Source: Amphiscolops sp. MND2022 (taxonomy: Eukaryota). From it: a stretch of DNA of 64,000 nt. The stretch covers positions 55,306,001 to 55,370,000 of the forward strand of contig OZ076409.1 in the NCBI GenBank assembly GCA_964187785.1, given 5' to 3'. The notes beneath the pieces were generated by a model. It was not told where the DNA came from, ran no database searches, and worked only from the letters and a program-made list of their open reading frames with translations. The translations under genes and the position numbers were made by a program. The number at the start of each line of letters is the position of its first letter. The first letter of the stretch is position 1. Positions 36,301-48,300 of this stretch are shown here, one piece after another.

Positions 36301-39300
36301 GGTATGCGGAAAACTCGTCGAAAACAACTCGCCGAATGCAACTCGTCGAAAACAACTCGTCGAAAACAACTCGTCGAAAATAAAGGGCGGAAAACTGGTC
36401 GAAAATTAACTCGTCGAATGATAATTAAGTGCAAACTCGTCGAATACTTACAGGATACCCACTGGGATGATTCAGTTCTAATTATGATTTAATTTTCGTT
36501 AATTGATGCGTAAAATCTTAAGTTTTACGCAGAATATAGCCCCTTTTTAGTTATATAATTGCTTGAAATGATTCACTTTTATAGTTTACAGTGTAATACT
36601 TCATAATAATTTAGAACTCCATAACACGGTATGATCACAAAGCTAGCACTATATTTGCCTGAGATTATTTTTTATTCGTGCGACGAGTTTTCCGCCGGAG
36701 AATTTTCGGCGAGTTGCTTTTCGACGAGTTTTCCGCCTAGTATTTTCGACGAGTTGATTTCGGCGAGTTGTTTTCGACGAGTTGTTTTCGACGAGTTGTT
36801 TTCGACTAGTTTTCCTAGATTCACTTTATACAGCCGAGTTCATTACCAACTTAAAGTTTTATTTGAGACATATCTCGATTATATTTGAGGATTTGAGGAA
36901 AACATGAAACCATACAATGATCAACAATTAAATCATAAGAGCCACGCAAGGATCATATATGAAAAGTTTGGGCTTTATTTCTTTTTGATTTGAATTCTGC
37001 TTTGGTTTGAAAATCGACACAAGTAAATATTGGATGAAAGCAAAAATCCAACTTTTGTTCGATAGTAATACTGCATGTTTTCGGCTTCGCCTAATGTGCG
37101 AGATCTCAACCGTTTTTCTGATATCCGACAACCATGACTCTTCCCCTGATTTTATCCCTGGTTTAACAATTCCTCTACCCTGCTCCAACGGATCGATCCT
37201 AAGTTTTATTCAACGTTTCGTCATGTGTGTTTTTTTTTAAATTCCAAAAGCAGACGAGCAATATTCCATATAGATTTCTCAGTTAACAGTCAACGCGTTT
37301 GTAAGAAAAAGTACCGGACTTGGTGGTTTGTTTTTTTTCTTTTTTCTCCAGATCGCAAAACTTACACTGAATGGATCACTTTTATAACAGAGTTTCAGCT
37401 TGAAAACTAACGACTAGGAAAAGAGTTCAGAGACTAAAATTGTCAACAACAATAGGTCTGCCGAGATGAAAGTCAAGAAGGAAACCATTGAATGATGTTA
37501 TCATTTCAGAAACAATTAGATAAAGTTCTCGAATGTAGAATCCTTCCGCAACATTTTTTAAAAATATATATTTATCATTAGTTAAATCTATATCAATAAT
37601 TTATTCGATAGAACAGTTAATCTCACCTTCGCATCGTTCAGTCGCTGGATTCATTTCAAACTCTGGTTCTGTGCATGTACATACGTAGCTACCCGGGTTA
37701 TCAGTGCACGTTGCTACCCATACATCACCCACCATAACGAATTCCCCGTCGGCAGAGTATCTCGCAAACATGTTGGTCTTGTCGGGACAAGTGTACGGAT
37801 CAGCGCATTCATCAATGTCTAAAAATACAAAATTAAATACATATGATTTCGAGCGTCACTACATCTACAACAAACGATCAGGAAATGGCGTGTTGATTTT
37901 CCATGACACGTTAGCGAACCAAGAAATCTTAAATAGCTCTATTGAAAAACTAAAACAAATACTTTTTCATAGATTGTCTGAGCAAACTTGAGACCGTATC
38001 GTAAGTGAGAGCAAAATGTGAAGCGTTACATTGATGGGTGCCCAGGTTGACCAACATAATCGGAAATGATGAATCATACCATGTCATAGTATGGTCATGA
38101 TGGAAAATGATTGTCATACTATGATCATAGTATGGTCATATTATGAATAGCATGTCGGTGACTATGATCATAGTATGATTGAACATGTTCGAAATTTTCG
38201 AAAAATTCGATTATCACCTAGCGGTTATTATCGGAAATCGGCGCGCATCCATGAATCATTTTGTCAATGTTCTCTTTAAACCCGTTGTTTCTGTTCTGTT
38301 ATATGGGTTACCTTAATGACCCGGGTAGCATTAAGGACGCTTTTCGGCACCACGTTCCCTGAAGCCGCTGTGATAGATAGGATTTTCGTTTTTGGGGGTA
38401 TTTTTGGTAATATTTCAACCCAAGAAGTAGATATTGTGGTCTTATTTTATTCATAAATCATCGGTTCATGTGTATCTAAGTAGAGATTTGAATTGTTTTC
38501 ATTGATTTCAAGCGGTTTTGGTTTGATACTTTTCCAGTTTTGAGACCCGAAGGAGGTCACATTCTCGTTGTGGGTCTCGTCAAGTGTGATACTATGTATC
38601 TCACGAGCTGGGAGCCTCCCTAAAAATACAGCATAAAGACTTCGGCAAGCAATTTCTGTGAACTATGTGCACAGGTAGCTGCCATGTCCGACATTCTTAC
38701 TACATTGTTTCTCTTGAAATATGGTTTTCATACTATGTTCATGATATGAAACATGATGGTCATAGTATGATCATACTATGAAACATGGTCGCCATGGTAA
38801 GATCTTGGCAAGATCATGATCATGAAATGACCATGATCATAGTATGATCATACTATGATCATAGCATGGCCAGTATGTTTGGTCAACCTTGGTGATGAAT
38901 ATTGATGCGATGAATAAATATTCAGCAGTTTTCAGAAATAAGCGATCTCAATGACGTTTTTTCTCTTACGTGATTGTTTTTAGGTTCCCCAGATTGTCGT
39001 TCACGACTTCATAGAGTTTCATCCATGATCATGGAGTTCTGCATACAGTAATTCGGGTTCCGTGGGAAATCGCGGATAATCATACATGGTTTTCAATCAT
39101 GATTCATCCATGTTCTGCCATGGCAAAAAATTCGTTTTTGAAGATCTTCTATCTTTTTTGGTTCTTTTTTTTCTTCTTCATTTCACACTTTTATTTCGTC
39201 CAACGGGTTACAGTGATTTTAGAGCGTATCTGACTAAACTAATGTGGTTTAAGATATCATTCCAACAAGAGATTACAATGATTTTAGACCTGATTCCACT

Positions 39301-42300
39301 AAATTTGTGGTTTTAGAGCTCATTTTATGCTACATCGATTCAAGACAGATATTTCGAAAAATCACCAATAAATAGCGGAATAAGGTGTAAAATCACTGTA
39401 ATTTTTTGGAGCCATCAACCATGGATGAATCATGGATGTCAAGCCATTGCCGGACAACCTGGGTCTGTTTGTACCATCAACAGGTTCTTCCGTTATTGTA
39501 AGGTTAATCCGATCTCGTAGGACTATCAAATGTTGTTTTTAGGGCTACTATGTCTCGCTTTATTAGAATTATGAGGGGATTTCGAAGTGACTTACTTTCG
39601 CAAGGTCGTCCGTCGTATCCAGGATGACACTGGCAGGTAAAAGATCCAAGGGTATTTTCGCAGTCGGCGTTCTCATTACAGTTGTCCAGGCCATCATTGC
39701 ACTCATTGACATCTGAATCAGAAACACATTTGAAGGTAATTGCAGACTAATCAAGCTTCAAGAACATCACAGATTTCCAAGTACGCACAATACCAAAAAT
39801 TTACAGTTATCCACTCTCTGAAATGATAAATTTTAAGAATATAGTGTCTGTAAGAATGCATATGAATGATAACTTTGGATGTGAAGTTACTTGCAATGGT
39901 TATTCTACAAGTTATCTACTTCAAGCAGAATTATGAGAAACTTGATAGACTGAATTAACAAAGCAATGGCTGAAAACTTATTCAGGAAATTATCCGATCA
40001 TCATGAGTTTTTAGTATCCAAAGCAATTTGACATTAGGGCCATGGGACTCAAAAATTCAACTTCATTTGGGCGCAAATATTATTTAAAAAATGTGTTTCA
40101 TGAGTTTCCAATATTTTCGTTTAGATTTTCTTGAAAGATTTTTCAAGATCCAAAAAAATTCTTTTCAGAGATGTTAAGAAAATCAAAAATCTTGACAGAA
40201 ACGTCGTTTTCAAAAGATAGCTGATCTGCGAGAAACTGACAGGTTTTGTCTGAATTTAAAAAATGAAAATGTCTGAAAGATTTTTGCAAAAATGACTGAT
40301 AAGCTAGAGAGTTTGACTAGAATCATTATACATGTATATGCACACGAAACATAATCACCTTCACATGTCTTTCCATCTCCAGTCCAGCCGTAGTTGCATT
40401 CACATTCGTAAGAGCCTTCGTTGTCGGAGCAGCCTGCATTCTGGTCACATGGATATGGACTCTGTTCACACTCATTTTCATCTGAACACACGAAACAATT
40501 GTCCAATAACAAGGGACTAATCTCTCATTTTGAACTTTTTTCGCAACTTTCTACCACAATTTGTACCTAGTAAACTTCCATTAGACACTTCAATTGAATC
40601 ATTTCACTTAGGCTCACGTTTTCTTTGCTAAAAATTTCTAGAAGAGCGAACTATTTATGATTTAAAACATCACATTAATCAGACAAAAATTGTCTTAAAA
40701 GTTGGTAAAAAGTACCAATAATTGCGCAAATAGGTGCGGTATAGCGTGAAAATGGAAGAACGCCTGAAAGTGCCCTTAAAATCGAGTTCTTGCAAACGTA
40801 ACTTTTGCGCATCGATGACGAAACTTGAGTAGCCACAGGTAAAAGTGATGTAATACACTATAAGAACTAACTGATGCAAGTGAAGCCATCTCCAGAGTAT
40901 CCGATGTTGCAGGAGCAAGTGTAACTTCCCTCAGTGTCGTCACAGTCGGCTTTGGGAGAACAGTCGTTGCTTCTGTCACTGGCACACTCGTCGATATCTG
41001 ATAGCAGAATGAGTTTTAATTCCAAAAACAAAAACCACACTGTTTTCAAACGTTTCTTTCTTCATAACATGGGAAAACATACAAGGAATTATCCCTTTTC
41101 ACGTATCCGGTCTTTCAGTTGCTAAATTCGCAATGCAAAAATCGTGCTCACTAGAGATACATATAATTTTAGAGGCAGGGCTCAACAAAATGTACAAGAT
41201 TAGGCAAGTGTTTTTACTTGTGCAATTTCTTCCGTCTCCACTGTATCCGGTGTCGCATGAACAAGAGTAAGATCCCACTGTATTGTGACACTCAGCATTC
41301 TCGTCACAGTCGTCCTCTTCCTCCTCACATTCGTCTATGTCTTTGCAACTAAGCCAAAAAACAATATTGCCAACTCACCCGAACAATAAAGATGTCTCTA
41401 ATTGGAAATGTTTATAACGTTTTAGGTTTCCGAATATTTCCAGGAAATAATGTGATAGAAATGCTCAATGAACAAACACAGAACAACTGAAGTCATTGCT
41501 CCACTCAACGTTCAACAGATCAAAATATTAGAAAAACTCTATTAGGAGGAGAATTTTCAAGAAACCATCTAGCTTCGGACGAACAATATTGGCCTGAGTG
41601 AACTATTGGACTCCAATAGTTCACTCAGGCCAATATTGTTCGTCCGAAGCTAGATGGCTTCTTGAAAATTCTCCTCCTAATAGAGTTTTTCTAATATTTT
41701 GATCTGTTGAACGTTGAGTGAAGCAATAACTTCAGTTGTTCTCTGTTTGTTCATTGAGCATTTCTATCACATTATTTCCTGGAAATATTCGAAAACCTAA
41801 AACGTTATAAACATTTCCAATTAGAAAAATAAACATTTCCAATTGAAAAAATATCGGATATTTTTTCAGCATCCGTTTTGCTGCAAAGTATCAAACTAAA
41901 AAATGGTCAATTGTAGAAACATTTTTTCAAAAAAAATCGGTAGAACGCAGTCCGAGCTCATTATGAGTTATAACTATCTTTTGGTCGTTATCGGTAATTT
42001 TTGCAGAACAGGATCATAGCCGTTTGAGATTATATCCGAATCTAGATACATTAACTTTATTTCTTCTGACTGCATTCTATTGTTACATAATAGTTACGAA
42101 ATTGAAGAAACTTCTTTCACACGTCATTTGACCAATTACATTTGAGAATTCAATGTTTGCCTGGTAAAAAAGCTATTAGTCTTTAATCCTGTTCGGCTAC
42201 AATCCATACCACCGGTTGGTTACGCTCCGTTCAAACAACACTTGAGACTTTCGAAGAATATTCAACAAAACTAACTCAGACTCATCATTTTCAACAATGG

Positions 42301-45300
42301 GCTCATATCCGATCATGCATTGACAAGTGAAGCTTCCCTCCCTGTTAAGACAGTTAGAGTTGCGCTCGCAAGTGTTCAAGATGCTGCCTTCCTCACATTC
42401 GTCGATGTCTGAAACAGTAAGAAAATATCATCATGATATCTCACTGATGTATACTACAGAGATATCACTATAGTTATCATATGAACAGACATTTAGAAGT
42501 CCGCCTTGCTCATATACTTGTATGAAAGGACTTCTTACTACATGTAGAATGATATTAAACAAGTATGATTCTGATATCTTTTCAGAACTTAGCCTGGAAC
42601 CATAAAATTCATGCTTGTCATATGTTTCCATGCAAGTAGTTGAAATTTCAAACTTTCGAGGTGGGCTGTGGCTTGTTCATCACAAAAACGAATCATGCCG
42701 TTCGGTATTGAAGAATTTAGAGAAAATGGAAAACTACATCCGTGAGTCCTGTTTGTAAGACTCTCTGGGTCTCATTAGCAGAGTACCTTCACATTTCATG
42801 AAGATAAGGACCGGTTCTTATAATCTACAGACTCTGTTAGCAGTTTCAGACCGCATCGGACATCTTCAACAAATGTTTCGTTTTTTATATTCTTTCTATT
42901 TCTAATTTTACGTGATCCATGTATTTTCGAAGGATTCACCCAGTGCACAATATGATCCCATACAGTAATTTTTATGGTTCCGGGAATGATATCGCAATGA
43001 ATTTCATGTTGCGTTGGATCCGGGTACTCAGCGATGTACAATATAACGAGAATTATAGAGTGAAAAAATCACTTCATAAGCTGTTTCACATGTTGGACAA
43101 AATATTTTGAGGGATTAATTAGGCAATGCGTCGTTGTTAACTGCTTCTACTAATACCTTCAAAGTCACGGCATGGCTTCTGTTGTCACCTGTAGTTTAAA
43201 CCCTAACCAAACCACTGATGACTGCTGGATTTCTTATCGAAGCCCCACCGGTAGTCACTACTGTTGCCATGACACATGTTGTGTAACGGCATCCTGTGAT
43301 CAACAAAATTTTCGAAGTTTTGACAATTTTCTGAAAAATTCGTTCAAAAATGACGTGGCCATCAAACATGATTTCACGAAGTACCAGCCCGCCAAAAACG
43401 ATTTCAAAAGCATAAAGAGACTTAAAGAGAACTAGCTGACCCCGCGAGGCGGAAAAAGAAGCGAGGAGTCGAAAAAGAGCAGAAAATGCGCGTGAAACGT
43501 CACGGAACCGAAAAACGATAGCCTATGCGTTAATTTCCACGGTGCCCATCACAGTTCGTGAAGAACCAGAATGTCGGAGTAATAGCAATATCCGGACCAA
43601 GGGTTGTGCCAAATCCGAGTACCAAAGCCATGTCACCTAGACCCAATTCGCCAAACTGGATTTTAACTCTTCTTTGATGTGTTTACTGATTTGTTTGATG
43701 AGTTCTTAATCCGAGAGCTACCCTTGTTGATGTCATTTACGTTAGATTCCCCTCTGGATCGTTTAATTTAGTTCTATGCAACTTAGCCCCTTTTTATAGG
43801 CTATTTACGCAGTGAATACGAGGAAAAAGCGTATTTCATGTGACTAGTAGCAGTAACAGACCGGAACAGGTTAGAAAGCATCTCTAGAGACGGGTCTCCC
43901 TTCTCGGGACCGGCATTCCTCAGGAGGACAAAATGGACTGGAGTTATGGTGATTAGTCCCGAATCTTAATCCATGGCATCAGTTCCTCCATCCCTTGTAG
44001 CGAACAAACGCTAAGCGCTTTTCATTACATTGAGGTGGCCATTAATGATTATTTTATGATGCTTTATGATGCTAAAAGAGTTATTACCTTCGCACTTTCC
44101 ATTGACCATTTGGTATCCGGCAATACATTTGCATCTGAAGCCATCGTAGAGAATGTTTTCACATTTAGAGAAGGCTAAAGCAGTGTCACAATCGTCTGTT
44201 TCTCTATCACATTCATCGATGTCAACGCAAGATTCCGGTCTTCCATCTTCGTCAACAGAGCCAGGTTCAGTTCCGTCCTAAAGTTGCCCACACGGGCAAT
44301 GCAGTGGTATTATTGGTAAAAATTTGGTTTGATTCCTATAGAAGATTTTCAGGAAAAACAGAATGAATTTCCACAATTCGGACAAATTTATCGAGAGAAA
44401 AAGTGAAGAAAACAGACAGTTCTGAGTTCTGATCACGATTCTTTAATAACGCGTACAAAGAGATGCATGTCTTTTTGGAATCTGTAAAAAGGACTAAAAG
44501 AACCGACTTTGACTGGTTGGGAATGAAATAAACTACTACTTACCGTTGTGATAAAATTCAAGCTATCACAGAAACATTAACGGGATACTGTAAGAAGACG
44601 CTCTTCTTTGCAAGATTTTTCAAGAAATGGCTTTGCTTTCGACTGTAGGAGTTTCTCATATTTCACTATTTTTAACTCGGAACAAAATTTTGCTTAGAGT
44701 CCGTAACTACTTCATTTCACGGACGAATGGTCTTGAATATTTATTCACACAAAATTACAAGAGTAACGAAATAGCTTCAGCATAAAACGCCCAGTCAAAA
44801 TCTTTTTGAACATCATCAGATAGTTGGAAACGTCAAGTTTTGTCAGCTGCGATTTTCTGCTGATTTGTTGATGAAATATGGGTGATTTGTCGTTGACAGG
44901 AACGAATTTTTTTGAACGATAGCATGTTCCATTCGGTTTCAAAAATAACAATTAGTTGGACTGCCAAAAACACTTCCCGGTTTTCCTATTGAGACTGTGG
45001 CATCCAACTCTGTCTGCTATTCAGAACGCCAAATTCCACATTTTCAGGCTTTAGATTGTGGCAATTCTTGCTCACTGTCTACGTTAAATCATGTCTACGT
45101 ATGTCACTGTCTACGTTAAATCCAAAATTGTAACTTTTGCCAGTGGTCAAATACATCTACATCTCTGATCCATCTACGGGGACCGTCGTTTTTGAACCAC
45201 GCAGTCGAATGAAAGTACTCGACTTTCTTGCTTAAGGAAACTTTCAAGTGGTTGTTTGTTTGATTTTCGATATTGATTCCAGGATTTTTGGATCGTCGCT

Positions 45301-48300
45301 GATTGGCTTTTCTCAATTTTTTTTTTAAATTTCATTGGTGCCACAAAGAAATTAGTAGGTATGAAGACATTACCCTAAGAATATTTTTAAAAAATGTCCA
45401 TACAATTAAGTCAAATTGAGTGTGTTAGTTGCTACGTAAAAATAAACCCTCAATTACCAACATGATGTTCACGACTGGGGAATTTTGTCTGTGTATAGAT
45501 TCAAAAATTCATTCTTCAAAAAACTCCTGCGAACATAACTTTTTGATTGTGACAAGACATGGAAAGCTTTGTTCTTTTTGGTTTCACTTTTTGTGTTATC
45601 AGTTTTAAGATTGTTCTTCATTTCACGCTTCGATTCCATCAAAATGTCAGGAAATCTAAATGTGCTAAAGAGAGAACAATGCTGATCCTTAGGATCGTGA
45701 AGAGGATCAAAATGCTGATCCTTAGGAGATATTTTGACTGATTTATTCGACCAAGACTGTTAGTCTTTGGGCTCAAAAACGCTTTTTATATATAAAAAAA
45801 ACAAAAAAGCAAAGGCACCTTTTGAAAATTGGAACTCTTTTTTGGAGAAAGTCTCACAGTTCCGGAAATATTCTTTTAGTTTTAGAAAAACTTAATTTGT
45901 CAAAAACATTATGTGAGAATAGGATTGCGAAGACCCTTCCGAATAATTCGACAATTGTTATATTTTCGTAGAATTCGGATGTTTTGGCATTCGGCATGAA
46001 ATGGTCATTTCCACCAGATTGCAAAAAATTGACGAAAAGTCACCAAAACAATCGCGTTTCGTTCCTTTATTCCATTAACCGACGACTAAAAACAACCGAA
46101 CACATTCCAGAAGCTCAGGAAAACTGATTGTTTTGACAATGGTTCTCAGGGATTCCTAAAAATACATTTGTGATAATCCTCTCCTGAACGGTCTAAATTT
46201 ACGAATCAGTATCGTCTAAGTCAAGTTTTGAATGGCAATTGGCTCTATCGGCGTTCTAAGTTTGTTTATTTCCGACGACATGAAAGGATTACCCTGTATT
46301 TGATTTTCGGTATCAGATGCGTTTATTCCACCGTCATTATCATTTGTGCATTTTGGTGTTTCTATTCTTGATGCAGTTTGTTCATAATTATTTTCTGTTA
46401 GAAACTGATTGCATTCTTTAACTGTTCTTCACTTCTCTCATCATCTTTTCTAGTTTTCCAATGATTTCTTTCCTCAATTCGGCCGTTTTTCTTTTTGTGT
46501 TATCTGTCAATCTTTGAGTTCTCATTTTGTGTAGCAACAACTAAATCTGCTTCTCTGCCTTTAACTGAACTAACATCTCAAAATTACTAAGAGTCTCAAT
46601 CAAAGTTTCATTACTTTGTGACGCTTCTGCTTCCGAAGCACTTATTTCTCTTTCAAGTGAGGGCGACTGTCCTCGTCTGTACCTTCTGTTTTTTATGTTT
46701 CCCATCTCAGGTCAAAAAGGTGTTTCGGTTGACGGAAGAATTCTAATTAAGTCGGGGAATGAAATAATGAAAATTTAGGATAAAAGTCGAAAAAATCAGC
46801 CATATTATCAGATACGCGAAGTAAAGAAGGCATTAGAACCAGATGAACTGCAAATTATTATCTGCAAAAGGCTAAGAAAATTAGGCCTGGTTTCAACGGT
46901 AGTTTTTCAAGGAATGAGTTTTTATGGGTGTTTCTCTAACTCTCCCTTTGTTGGGGTTTGTTTTTAGTAACATGACATTTATTTTTTAGAAAATCATCCT
47001 TTCATCATGATAATGTAATATCTAAATCTAGCGCCCCGGTATTTTTCTAGTTATAAAAATATAGTTTTACATGACGTACAATTTTTAAATTGAATCGTAC
47101 ATGACGTAAAACACTGTCTTCTTATTGACTACAGTATATACCATACCATTAGCAAAGAGCATTAACAAAAATGAACGCAATATACAGTATGAGTCAAAGC
47201 CCTTACTTATCAGGCGATGCCGAATAGATGCTAGTGAGTACGTATGAGTCATACTACCAAAAGTCACATTTAATATCTCGAGGGGGCAAAAGTTTTCTGA
47301 ATTATGCTGTAAACTCAGTACGGCAGTTGTATCCAATGGTTCAGTTCTTTATGGATTCGTGCTGTATAAGAATCGTCCATATTTTATTTACTTCATAACC
47401 AAACGTATAGAGTAGCAACACATATTAGATAAATGAACAACTTGCATTATACATGTATTGGTACGTAAACTAGCAACAGTCGCAAAGTTTGTTTAACCTT
47501 GATAGTAAACAAATTCCATCATTGCTGTTCATAAAACATCATGTATAAACTTACATGACACAAGTTTTATGAAGTAACAAATTTTTGGATGAATGTTTTG
47601 TAGACGGATTGAGACATTTTCCATCATCGTTGCACTTCGGACCCAACGCAAGCTCTAGGCTGCGACAACATTTCTCTTTTAAAAATAGGCCCCTGCGGGG
47701 CACAATATCATTTCTGCTTTTAGACTTTCATCTTCAATAATAGAAGCATGTCTAAATCATTTGTATAGCGCACATTCAATCCCTACAAGTGTACACCGCC
47801 TTCACATCTTCTCGGATTGAAGTAAATATAACTAAAAAGCCTAGTCGAAGTTTTGTATTTGCATTTGAATGCAGCGGAAGCTCTCGCAAAGCGAATAACT
47901 AACACTCGTTCGCTTCATCTCAGTACTTCGGCGTACGAAAGCATAAATACTAATATTCGTTCGCTTCATCTCAGTAATTCGGCGTACGAAAGCATAAATA
48001 CTAATATTCGCTCGCTTCATCTCAAAGAATTCGGCGTACGAATGCATAATTACCACTCGCTCGTTCCATCGCACGAGAAACTAATTGTTGTCGGCGGCTT
48101 GAGAAATTCAAATCTCACGCTTGTACTCACTGCGGAACAAAATATCTGAATTTTTCAGTATTGCGAATAAAGTCTTACTGGAAAAAAGTGGAAATCTTGA
48201 GGTTTCAATAATATTCCTGTTATCGCAGAATTAATAAAAAGCGTATGCTACGTGGTTATTTGATTTGTCATTGTCCACGGATATTCATATCCGAGAAAAC

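Noticed and set aside
33028..36888. Arg/Lys-rich or VARNF-repeat ORFs, and a superficially CRISPR-like repeat pattern
   Set aside because: Translations of 14-15-bp tandem repeats in foldback MITE arms; no unique spacers, no cas genes, eukaryotic context.
42796..43041. Minus-strand ORF resembling a LINE endonuclease-RT linker (RNRKNIKNETFVEDV)
   Set aside because: Similarity too weak to call without a search.
45072..45727. Short local duplications (cactgtctacgttaaatc; aatgctgatccttagga)
   Set aside because: Consistent with ordinary slippage or repair footprints; no further structure.
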